A stretch of 248,000 nt of DNA, taken from Octopus vulgaris (Eukaryota). Made by a program: the position numbers and the translations under genes. The DNA lies in NCBI GenBank assembly GCA_951406725.2, contig OX597824.1, positions 32,260,001 to 32,508,000 on the forward strand, given 5' to 3'. Shown here in pieces: positions 29,300-41,621 of the stretch (positions within the stretch are counted from its first letter, which is position 1; every line of letters starts with the position of its first letter). The notes beneath the pieces are model-generated. The model worked only from the letters and a program-made list of their open reading frames with translations, was not told the origin of the DNA and ran no database searches.

Positions 29300-30950
29300 A
29301 CCACAACGAAAAGTTGTGTTCCCCAGTCCCCATTTTGTTGTCTCCTGACTTCCAGAAAAAAAAAAAAATGGATATTTTTTTTTTAATGACATTTTCTACA
29401 AATGCGCTTCAGATGGTGCAGGTTCCGATCATCGTTAGGAAAGACTTCCTCCCGCCCCTCCCCATTTTCTCGCAAATTATTGTTTAAAAAAAAATTTCTT
29501 TTTGCCAAAACCCCACCTTTTCGGATACGGAGATTGCGGAAAATTGTCAAAAATCGGAATTTTGAACTATTTTGTACCCCCACTCCTTCCCCCAATTTCT
29601 TCTTTTTCACTTTTTCCGTAACCTAACCCTAAAACCCTCACCCTAAAACCCTAAAACCCTCACCCTAAAACCCTAAAACCCCAACCCTAACCATAAGTAG
29701 AAAAATCTTTTGAAATTTTTTCAGAATCATAATCTCCGTATATTTCCAGATATTTTGATGTTTTGGAAAAAAAGTTAAAATAAAGAATTAGTGGTGGTGG
29801 TGGTGTGTGTGTGTGTGTGTGTGTGGGGGGGGGGGGGGTAATTTAAAAATGCCGATTTTTGCCAATTTTTTGCAGATTCGTATTCTCCGTAACTGAAAAC
29901 AGGGGTTGTGTAGAAAAAAAAATTAAATAAATAAAAAAGGAGTATTTTTTGTTGGGTACAAAACGAAGTCTTGCCTCATAACTTTCAGAAAAATGAGTAC
30001 TTTCAGTGAAATTTTCAGCAAATTCCTTTCCGAGTGTGTGAATTACGATTATATCAGAATTTGATGTGAACAAAAAAATGGCGAACACGCACACATACAT
30101 ACTGATACACATCACGATTTTTTTTTTTGAAATTTCAAGTTTCATTTTGTAGATATATGTGATACCGTTTTCAGTATGAGCCCACCAATTTTTTTTTCTT
30201 TTTTTCATATTAAATTCCGATATATATTTCTTTACTGCCCACAGGGGGCTAAACATAGAGGGGACAAACAAGGAGAGACAAACGGATTAAGTCGATCACA
30301 TCGACCCCAGAGCGAAACTGCTACTTTATTTATCGACCCCGAAAGGATGAAAGGCAAAGTCGACCTCGGCGGAATTTGAACTCAGAACGTAACGACAGAC
30401 GAAATACATATTTCTTTACTACTCACAAGGGGCTAAACACAGAGAGGACAAACAAGGACAGACAAACAGATTAAGTCGATTACATCGACCCCAGTGCGTA
30501 ACTGGTACCTATTTAATCGACCCCGAAAGGATGAAAGGTAAAGTCGACCTCGGCGGAATTTGAAATCAGAACGTAGCGACAGACGAAATACGGCTACGCA
30601 TTTCGCCCGGCGTGCTAACGTTTCTGCCAGCTCGCCGCCTTCCGATATAATTGTAATCTACATACTCTGAAAGATATTTGTCGGAAATTTCATTAGAAAA
30701 AAAAAAAAAGAAAAAGAAAATAATAATTTTTTTGAAAGTTATGAGGAAACAAAGGTGACTCGTTTGATTTTTCTGAAACTCTTCTCCCTACCCACGGAGA
30801 AATTTTTTCTTCACAAATTTAGATATAATCGGAATTCACACTATCTGAAGCGTGTTTGTAGAAAATGTTATTAAAAAATATCAGTTTTTATGGCTGTTAT
30901 GAGGAAACAAAGTCGTGGTAGGGGGACACTCTTGCGTAGGTATGCCAGTT
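29300..30950. mobile_element. Non-autonomous DNA element with long degenerate TIRs, internal telomere-like (CCCTAA-type) repeats and two nested SINEs
   Basis: taatgacattttctacaaatgcgcttcagatggtg (from ~29385) is inverted at ~30838-30873; ccctaaaaccct repeats at 29625-29692; SINEs at ~30230-30640. Confidence 0.6.
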
Positions 30951-32069
30951 AACTTGAGGGTAGCGAGGTGATTGAATCGCGTGAAAGTTTCAAAGAGAAT
31001 AATGAGATCAGAAAGTTCCCTTGTTTAATTAATGTCTAATTATGACAGTGTAATTCAACGAATAAGAGTTTGCGTTGGAGTTTCTATTGTAATTCCATTC
31101 ATAGCCTGGTTTCTTAACTAGAAAGATGGTCGAGTCGACTGTATCGTGAGAACTTCGGCCTTTGTTCTCTATCTCAGTGCTTGGAGGTCAAATCCCGCCG
31201 AAATTGAGGCTGATTAATAAACTAACTGATCAGTACTGGAGTTAATTCCCCTCTCTCTGTCATAATCTTTTCTAAGTTTGGCACAAGGCCAGCAATTTTG
31301 AGGGGAAGAGAAGGTCAATTGCATCGACTCCAGCGCTTAACTGGTACTCATTTTATCGACGTCCCAAAATGTGGAAGGCAAAGTCGACTTCGGCGTAGTT
31401 TGAACTCAGAGCATGAAGAGCCGGAAGACAAGCCGCTAAGTATTTGGTCCGATGCGGTAACGATTCTGCCAGCCCACCACCTCTGTTTATCTATCAAAAT
31501 AATTCCATTAATTGTCTGGTCTCGCCTCGTTACCTTAGTACACGGTCCAGCTCATAGGTATTATTGCGCTTATCTCAATTCTTTCAAATAACTATCAAAT
31601 ACCTCTTCTTATTTCTTTGTTGCCCACATGGGGCTAAACACAGAGAGAACAGACAAACGGATTAAGTCGATTATATCGACTCCAGTGCGTAACTGGTACT
31701 TATTTAATCGATCTCGAAAGGATGAAAGGCAAAGTCGACCTCGGCGGAATTTGAACTCAACGTAACGGCAGACGAAATACCTATTTCTTTACTACCCACA
31801 AAGGGCTAAACACAGAGGGGACAAACAAAGACAGACAAACGGATCAAGTCGATTACATCGATCCCAGTGCGTAACTGGTACTTATTTAATCGACCCCGAA
31901 AGGATGAAAGGCAAAGTCGACCTCGGCGGAATTTGAACTCAGAACGCAGCAGCAGACGAAATACGGCTAAGCATTTCGCCCGGCGTGCTAACGTTTCTGC
32001 CAACTCTTCTGACGTACCATTCATCAGCTTCAGTTTTTTTCGTGGCGTCAGATCAAAAGGATTCAGTCA

Positions 32070-32824
32070 TCTATATATATAAAAGTGAAGTTGTGTGAGT
32101 GTCTGTCTCCTACGATTTAGATTCCTAATTACTCCCACATTTTGCGGTGCAGTTTAACCAAATTCGGGTATCTTATAGTCGTGATTCATATCGAGCCCTT
32201 CTGGGTATTAGCGCGCGTCTACGATGAGTCTACGATTTTAAAAATAATTTACCATAATTTTTTTCCATTTTAACGCATATTTTTTCAGTGTCGATGGCGA
32301 CGGAGTTGGCGTCCATGCTCACACCTGCACCTGTGTTACTTCTCCCCCTTCTTACCTCCCTCGTGAAGCTGTGGGGAAGGGAGTGTAAGGAAATCAACGT
32401 CGTAAAGCGTTGTCAAGGAGACCAGCGTTCTTTTAGAACAACGACTTCATGGCTTGAAGACACCAAAACAGAAACGGCTAAGAAAGCCCGAAAGCAAATT
32501 CTACAAAATCGGGAAACACGCCACACAGAGAAGGTTTCCCGTGCAAATAATTTGCACAACCGAATGTTATAGTTGTTGCACAACTTTTACTTAAAAAATA
32601 TTATCCAAACACAAACTTTTGAAGGCAATATTGTATGGCGATGGTACTTGTAAAATATGGTAATGGATTTAGTAGCCAAAAGGAGAGAGCAGAGGCATAG
32701 TATGGTGGTGGTGGAGGCGGTGGTAGTGGCAGCGGTGGTGGCGGTGGTGCTGGTAGTGGTGATGGTGGTCGTGGTCGTGGTGGTCGTCGTGTTTGTGGTG
32801 GTGGTGGTGGTGGTGGTGGTGTTG

Positions 32825-32856
<32 letters not shown>

Positions 32857-33756
32857 GGTGGTGGTGGGAGTAGTGATGATGGTGGTGGTGGTGGTCGTGG
32901 TGATGATGGTGGTGGTGGTGGTGGTTGTGGTGGTCTTCGTGATGGTGGTGGTGATGGTCATGGGCGTAGTGGTGGTGGTGGTCATGGTGGTAGTGGTGAT
33001 GGTGTTGGTCGTGGTGGTGGTGGTGGTGGTGGCTGAAGCTGTCGTCTGGGTTCTTCCAATTTTTTCGTGTGTCGGTGGCGGCGTTGGCGTTCATGCTCGC
33101 ACCTGCACCTGTGTAGCTCCTCCCCTTCTTCCCTCCCTCGTGAAGCTGTGGGGAAGGCAGGGTAGGGAAATCAACGTCGTAAAGCGTTGTCAAGGAGACC
33201 AGCGTTCTTTTAGAACAACGACTTCATGGCTTGAAGTCGCCAAAACAGAAATCGCTAAAAAAGCTGAAACAGATCCACAAAAACGGCAAAAACCGCCACA
33301 CAGGGCAGGTTTCCTGTGCAAACAATTTGCACAACCGAATGTTTTAGTTGTTGCACAAATCTTTATATATAAAAGTGAAGTTGTGTGTCTGTCTCCTACG
33401 ATTTAGATTCCTAACTACTCCTACATTTTGCGGTGCAGTTTAACCAAAACCGGGTATCTTATAGTCGTGATTCATATCGAGCCCTTCTGGGTATTAGCAC
33501 GCGTCTACGATGAGTCTACGATTTAAAAAAAAATTTACCATCATTTTTTCCATTTTAATGCATTTTTTCGCTATTATATAAGGGAAGTAACTCTCTAAAA
33601 ATGTCTACGATGAGTCAACGATTAAAAAAAAAATTACCATAATTTTTTATTCCATTTTTAATGCATTTTTTTGCTATTTTTTTGCTATAACTCTCTAAAA
33701 ATGCTTATATTGTTATTTCCCTTACAAACACGAGCAACGCCAGGCGATACTGCTAG
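32070..33756 (+). mobile_element. Compound non-autonomous Helitron (two 5' TC starts at 32070 and 33360, 3' CTAG at 33753-33756) enclosing a (GGT)n-type array
   Basis: tctatatatataaaagtgaagttgtgt start; cgagcaacgcc.ggcgatactgctag end; trinucleotide array at 32700-33035. Confidence 0.75.
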
Positions 33757-33914
33757 CTACATATAACAGAACGTGTCTCGTCGGTTACGCTAGTAAAAGG
33801 AGACTACAACAACATGAGTGAGTGACAATAAGAGACGCTAAATGCAGGCGAACTGCAGTAAGTTCTGAAGTCACTTGTATTTTAATGAAAATGAAACAAA
33901 ATTTTTATCGTAAA

Positions 33915-34245
33915 CTAGCAGTATCGCCCGGCGTTGTTCGGATTTGTAAGGGAAATAACTATATAAGCATTTTTAGAGATGTAAAGTATAATAGCCATCT
34001 CAATATGGCTAACCACAAAGGGTGTGTGTGTGTGTTACTGTAGCTTTTTACGTTCTGAGATTTAATAATAAATTTTTAGAGAGTTACTTCCCTTATATAT
34101 GCCAAAAATGCATTAGAAATGGGAAAAATTGATGGTAAATTGTTTTTTAAATCGTAGACTCATCGTAGACGCGCGGTAATACCCAGAAGGGCTCGATATG
34201 AATCATGACTATAAGATACCCGGTTTTGGTTAAACTCTCTTTTAT
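33915..34245 (-). mobile_element. Non-autonomous Helitron
   Basis: ctagcagtatcgcccggcgttg terminus; shares internal sequence with other copies. Confidence 0.65.
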
Positions 34246-34299
34246 ATATCGTAAATTATATCAATTTCAAACACACAAAATCACATATCGAATCTTTTC

Positions 34300-35408
34300 C
34301 TTTTGAACGGCACATTGTAACATAATTTCTAGGTAACTAAAAGGTTTTAAACTTCGTATACTGGTATACTGCATCTAGGGCAGTCAACTGTGTTGGGAAT
34401 GATATTAAGGACAACTTGAATAGAACTTGGTACCAACAATCGTCTTGTAAACAACTGTTCTTAGACAAAAGACTGACCTTTCATTGACCAGTGTTTACTC
34501 ATCCATTCTTCTGGTGTAGAGGATTTCCCGCTCCTTGGTACAGAACAAGTTCTTATTCATTTCAGTCGTAGATGACTGCCCAAGATGCAATTTACCATGT
34601 ACATTGCGCGAAAATACAAACATCTTCCGATGTGGAAGGACTGTTCGCCGTCGAAGGCAAAGGCCAACGCAATGTGGATATTCAATATCCCTATACAGCA
34701 ACACATTTTTGGAGCGGAGTCAGCTACCACCCTGTAAAATCTTGTTATTTGTGAATTACTTCCTTACAGACTGTTGGTCGCACGCATTAGACGTGGAAAA
34801 TTTGAACATTTCGTATCCGACCTCAATTGATTGGCGATCCTTCTGCTCCGAGGTTTGTCAGCATTGGGTAGAGAATTACCAGGACCAAATCGGTGGACCA
34901 GGAGTTGAAGTGGAGATCGATGAAACAGTTACTGTAAGGAGAAAATACAATCGCGGAAGACTCACAAAAACTATCTGGCTTTTCGGTGGGATAGAGCGAA
35001 TAGGCAAAAAAAAAGTTTTGATACCTCTTTCATCTGAGTGTGGTGAAGAGGAAAGGCGAGATGCCGCCACGCTGATCCCCTTAATTACCCGATATATACG
35101 CCAAGGGTCGGTAGTATATAGCGATTCTTGGGCTGCATATAACTCTCTTGGAAATCTCGGGTATACCCACTTCCGCATCAACCACAGTGAAAACATTTGT
35201 GGATCCGACAAACGCGTCGGTGCACACACAGACGATAGAGAGATTGTGGGGGTCAGTGAAGAGATCGGTTGTTCGCCCAGACATTCGTGCCTGTTACTTA
35301 AAACAATACCTCGCGAAGTTCCTTTTTATGGACAGCATTAAACCTGCTGCCAAGAGAATACACGTATTCTTATTGGCAGCAGCAAGTCTTTATCCTGGCC
35401 CGAGATAA
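34300..35408 (+). mobile_element. Merlin (IS1595/ISXO2-like) DDE transposase with one frameshift near 35190
   Basis: ORF 34535-35341 has VEIDET, RKYNRGR, WLFGGIER, VYSDSWAAY and INHSEN; the shifted frame continues FVDP...HTQTIERLWGSVK...YLAKF. TIRs not resolved. Confidence 0.85.
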
Positions 35409-35739
35409 TTTTTTCCTCCAAACGCAACCCATCTCATTTCTTTATCAACACTGTCGATGGACCACTCAAAGAGGTATGTATACATTATCATTTTCGTAAC
35501 ATAATTTCTGTAGTATTTCAAGATGTTTCTGACACGTATTTTGATTCACATGGCGGAGATCCAACATTTCTTCACTTTTTCCAGAATTTCTTCTCTTTAT
35601 TTTTTTTTTTTTGCGAAATATGTACAAAAATACGGAGTTTATGATTCATGTGTGAGTGTGTGTTCTTGATACTCGTTTAGAACAAGTAGTTTTACACCAA
35701 TTACACTATTTTTTCTTAGTTTAAAGGTCGTGGACTGAA

Positions 35740-36150
35740 GATGGGAAATTTCCGAAGCCTCTCTCCCACCCCCTTTCGCGAGCGCGCATTTTTTTTTATC
35801 ATATTCGTTTAGAGCGAGTTGTTTTACACCTATTACGCTGTTTTTGTTTTTGTTTTTGTGCCCGGTTCAGACGCTTTCGGAAATTCCCGATATAAATATT
35901 CCGAGGCCTCTCCCCCACCCCTCTTTCGCGAGTGCGCATTTTTTTGTCATATTCGTTTAGAGCAAGTTGTTTTACACATATTACACTATTTCTTTTTTGT
36001 TTTGGTGCCCGGGTCAGCCCCTCAGACGCTTTCGGAAATACCCGATGTGAATTTTCCGAGGCCTCTCCCCCCCCCCCTTTCGCGTGCGGGCATTTTTTTT
36101 TCATATTCGTTCATAGGAAGTTGTTTTACACCTATTACACACATTTTTTT
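35740..36150. repeat. About 3 tandem copies of a ~150-bp unit downstream of the Merlin transposase
   Basis: Recurrent ttccgaggcctctccccc...tttcgcg...catattcgtttagagc..gttgttttacac blocks. Confidence 0.7.
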
Positions 36151-36246
36151 TTTATTTTCTGAAAGGCGTAACGCTTTATATTAACCATATATATATATAT
36201 ATATATATACCGCGAGTCCACTGCCCTAACTACTAGGCTATTGCGC

Positions 36247-36333
<87 letters not shown>

Positions 36334-36584
36334 TGATGTTTCGTTTGTCGTAGCACACGTTTCCGTCGATTTCCTCCGTCGATTTCCGTAAAAAATGTAA
36401 ACACTGAATCGGCCATACATACATACATACATACATACATACATACATACACACATACATACATACACACATACATACACACACATACATACACACACAT
36501 ACATACATAGATACATACACACACACACATACATGCAGACATACATATACACATACACCGAGTAAAAAATTACACTGAATCGGC

Positions 36585-36618
<34 letters not shown>

Positions 36619-36880
36619 TACTTACACACACACACACACACACACACATACATACACACACACATACATAGATACATACACACACACACATACATATACA
36701 CATACACCGAGTAAAAATTTCAGTTATCTCTCTCTTTCACACATTACTTTCTCTGTCTCTTCGCACGCACTAACAGAAGCACTTCACTTACACAGCATAC
36801 TGTCTGTCTCCCACACCCCATCAAACACACACACGGGGACTTCAAAAAGAAATTCACTCGTCATAAAATTGCTCGTCATA

Positions 36881-36915
<35 letters not shown>

Positions 36916-36953
36916 CCGTGAGTCCGCTGCCCTAACCACTAGGCCATTGCGCT

Positions 36954-36993
<40 letters not shown>

Positions 36994-36996
<3 letters not shown>

Positions 36997-37506
36997 ATAT
37001 ATATAAAACTGTAGTTGTGTGAGTGTCTGTCCCCTTCGATTTAGATTCCTAACTACTCCCACATTTTGCGGTGCAGTTTAACCAAATTCGGGTATCTTAT
37101 AGTCGTGATTCATATCGAGCCCGTCTGAGTATTAGCGCGCGTCTACGATGAGTCTACGATTTTAAAAATAATTTAACATAATTTTTTATTCCATTTTAAT
37201 GCATAATTTTTCGTGTGTCGATGGCGGCGGAGTTGGCGTCCATGGTCACACCTGCACCCGTTTGCTTCTCCCCCTTCTTCCCTCCCTCGAGAAGCTGTGG
37301 GGAAGGGAGTGTAAGGAAATCAACGTCGTAAAGCGTTGTCAAGGAGACCAGCGTTCTTTTAGAACAACGACTTCATGGCTTGAAGACACCAAAACAGAAA
37401 TGGCTAAGAAAGCCCGAATTGGCATCTATAAGGGAAGTAACTCTCTAAAAATGCTTATATAGTTATTTCCCTTACAAACCCGAGCAACGCCGGGCGATAC
37501 TGCTAG
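36994..37506 (+). mobile_element. Non-autonomous Helitron
   Basis: A|TC start; cccgagcaacgccgggcgatactgctag|T end. Confidence 0.8.
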
Positions 37507-37549
37507 TATATATATATATATACATACATATATATATATACATATATAT

Positions 37550-37618
<69 letters not shown>

Positions 37619-37877
37619 GCGCAATGGCCTAGTGGTTAGGGCAGCGGACTCGCGGTCGCAGGATCGCGGTTTCGATTCCCAGACCGGGTGTTGTGAGTGT
37701 TTATTGAGCGAAATCACCTAAAAGCTCCACGAGGCTCCGGCAGGGGGTGGTGATCCCCGCTGTACTCTTTCACCACTCTTTCTCGCATAGCCAGCAGGGT
37801 GGCGTCATTTGAAGGCTAAAAAACAATGCGAACGCATTGTGACCAGCGATGTGTAACAACATCTGATGGTGTGGTCT

Positions 37878-37938
<61 letters not shown>

Positions 37939-39035
37939 TGATGGTCTGGTCGTGATATATATATATATAAGATTGAGAAATTGACAAGCGAGAGGAAGTA
38001 AGGAGGATGACAGCGAAGAAGCTGGACTACTTATAGTAGGGTTTTGTGATGTTCAGGAAGTGTTGCCGGTATTGTTGTTTATGTTTCGATTTGTGTTTGG
38101 ACTTTAATGTTGAATTATGATGTTTGAAAAAGAGACTCTGTAAAAAGAACGTGTAATCTGTTTAAGAAAAAAAGAACTGTAAGATGTGTTTCTAAAAGGA
38201 AAAGAACATTGTGTAAGAAAGAAAAGAGAAAGACTTTGTTTTGATTGTTTTCCAAATTCTGTAATGTGCATGTCAACTGATTGTTGTCGGACGTTGTATT
38301 TTGCTGAATGCCATTGATTGTTTTTTTAAAACTCTGTGTACGATCTGTTAAATGTATTTGAAACGTATTACCTTTAATTGATGTTGTAAAAATTATATAA
38401 ATTGTTGTTAAATGTAAGAAACTGCCTCCGCTGTCTCTCTTCCTTTGTTGTTGTCTCCGGTCACTAGTTTGCGTTCGCTGTCAATTTCCGCTTTCAGTGG
38501 TGGACCTCCGATCTGACTGAGCGTAGTCGTCGTCGCTCGACTTAGGGTCCTGAGCCGAGTTGAGCGACGGCACGTCGTAACAACTGGTGTCAAAAGTGGG
38601 ATATTTTGATTGCTGCAGTTAATCGGTTGTTTGCCATGGAAGCACACTCTAAGTTGTATAGTATAGTATAAAAGATAGGTAAGGCCGGTCTATGGAGTTT
38701 ACCCTGGGTTTCACGTCCATAAAGCGCTTAGCTTTACAGCGTATCATCAGACAGGTTTTGAGGTCTGATGATAAAGCAATGCTTTATGGAAGTGAAACCC
38801 AGGGTAATCCCATAGACCGGCCTTATCTATCTTTATAATATATAAAGGAGTGGCTGTAGGTAAGTAGCTTGCTTACCTACCACTTGTTCGCGTTCAGTCC
38901 CACTGTGTGACTCCTCGGGCAAGTGTCTTCTTCTATAGCCGCGGGCCGACCAAAGCCTTGTGAGTGGATTTGGTAGAAACTGAAAGAAGCCTATGTGTGT
39001 GTATATATATGTATCTATATCTATATCTATATCTA

Positions 39036-39135
<100 letters not shown>

Positions 39136-39351
39136 GTATGTATGTATGCATATGTTAGTGTGTCCTGTGTTTGTCCCCCCACCATCACTTGACAACCGAT
39201 GTTGGTGTGTTTACCGCGACTTAGCGGTTCGGCAAAAGAGTCTGATAGAATAAGTACTAGGCTTACAAACAATAAGTTCTGGAGTGGATTTGTTCGACTA
39301 AACGCGGTGCTCCAGCATGGCCGTAATAAAATGATTGAAACAATTAAAAGA

Positions 39352-39382
<31 letters not shown>

Positions 39383-39400
39383 TGTATGTATGTGCGTATG

Positions 39401-39446
<46 letters not shown>

Positions 39447-39488
39447 CATGCATACATACATACATGCATTATACACACACACACACAC

Positions 39489-39550
<62 letters not shown>

Positions 39551-40186
39551 TATGAAGGCGCATTCGGCTCACGATTGTAAGGTCGTGAGTTCAATTCCCG
39601 GCGACGCGTTGTGTCCTTGAGCAAGACATTTTATTTTTCCTGTTGCTCCAGTCCATTCAACTGGCAAAAATGAGTTGTACCTGTATTTCAAAGTGCCGGC
39701 CTTGTCACACTCTGTGTCACGCTGAATCTCCCTGAGAACTACGTTAGGGGTACACGTGTCTGTGGAGTGCTCAACCACTCACACGTTAATTTCACGAACA
39801 AGCTGTTCCGTTGATCGTATCAGCTGGGACCTTCATCGTCATAACCGACGGAGTGCTCCTACTAGTGCTCCTATGTATCTATATTTATATATATGTGTAC
39901 ATATAAACTAAAAGTGATGAGGTAAAAGTGGTGAATATATGGTTATTTAACCACCTGACATCCTTAGAGTTACGGGTGTTTCGCAACCTTTTTCATGTAG
40001 TATGAATTTCAGTGTGAAAGAAATTAAGCTTTCATGGTTGTATTAAAATGCTCGGTATTAAACAATACAGTTGTATATACACAAACCAATGGAAGCAAAG
40101 AAAGCTAGCTCCTGGGATCACTAGAACATCATGGTTATATTAACGACCAACTCGATGTGTGTATGTATATGTCTGTGTGTATGTGT

Positions 40187-40235
<49 letters not shown>

Positions 40236-41107
40236 TGTTTTACTAGCTCCTTGCTTTGACATTATGCAAGTGTCACTGTTATGCAAGAGATATCCCTTCC
40301 ACGTAATCAAGTGAGGGCTGGCGATGAGAATGATATCTGTCTATACAAACTCTGTGTAACCCATGCGAGTATGGAAAAGCAGATCTTTCGCACCCCCCCC
40401 CACACACATTACATGGCTGATGATATTTCTAACCGAGGCGTTGCAACTGTATCTGATTGTTCAAGTGATTCAATTCGCCTTTACCTTCGGAACGCGGAGT
40501 AGACGAAACGGAGGCGGCTGAAGAAGGGGAATTTTCCTTGTGTCGTATGTCATTTTTCGTTGTTTTCCACGGTTCTGTTTTTATGTTTTCGTTTCTCATT
40601 GTGTTCGACGTTTTTTTTTTTTTGGTGTCCTGTACCTATATATGCATGTATATATACATATAGATGTAGGTACGTACATATATGCATGTATATATGCATA
40701 TGTTTTATTTATTATTTTATTACATATATTTACTAGATTGCTGACATCTATCAATGATTTCGCCCATTGCTTTCGATGTGCAATGTTCTATCATTAATAA
40801 AACAGTCGGCATTTTTGATAATAGTTATATGCTAGTAACACAATAAAGTATATGAGATTGAGCGTGACATAATTCAGACAATGGTTCACAAAAAATGATC
40901 AAATGTATATGGATACAACCGCATTCTGTTATAAGAATATTAATCATCGGATAATATTTGAGCAGTATCTTTGCCCTTCTATCTGTTACTATTTTTCTTG
41001 AGTTTCTTCTACCTGTACTTTGAAATGCAGTTATATACCTTGTTTCAAAAAGTTCTAACAGGTAGTTGAATACTTGTGATCCAATATAATCACTTCTCTA
41101 GTTATTA

Positions 41108-41415
41108 CTAGCAGTATCGCCCGGCGTTGCTCGGGTTTGTAAGGGAAATATCTATATAAGCATTTTAGAGAGTTACTTCCCTTATATAAACCGAGAAAAA
41201 AAATGCATTAAAAATGCGAAAAAATGATGGTAAATTTTTTTATCATCGTAGACTCATCGTAGACGCGCGTTAATACCCAGAAGGGCTCGATATGAATCAC
41301 GACTATAAGATACCCACTTTTGGTTAAACTGCACCGCAAAATGTGGGAGTAGTTAGGAATCTAAATCGGAGGAGACAGACTTTCACACACACAACTTCAG
41401 TTTTATACATAAAGA
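41108..41415 (-). mobile_element. Non-autonomous Helitron
   Basis: Same termini in reverse orientation. Confidence 0.75.
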
Positions 41416-41553
41416 TATGGCAATCCTTCGGTATTGGTAGGCGACGTCATTCACCCATACAGCCTTCCCTCATGACAGAGAGGCAAGGATGAAAAAGAGA
41501 GTGAATAACGTCGTCTCCTCATATTGATGCTCTAGAGGCCAATACCGAAGGAT

Positions 41554-41621
<68 letters not shown>

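Noticed and set aside
32587-33406. Poly-Thr, poly-Val and poly-His ORFs
   Set aside because: Three frames of one trinucleotide array inside a Helitron.
34535-35408. IS1595-like transposase as bacterial contamination or recent horizontal transfer
   Set aside because: Embedded in host-type repeats and consistent with the eukaryotic Merlin superfamily.
37615-37690. tRNA-like sequences (also 16051, 28548, 109895, 204917 and others)
   Set aside because: They continue into SINE bodies and lack a clean acceptor stem and poly-T terminator; called SINE heads, not tRNA genes.
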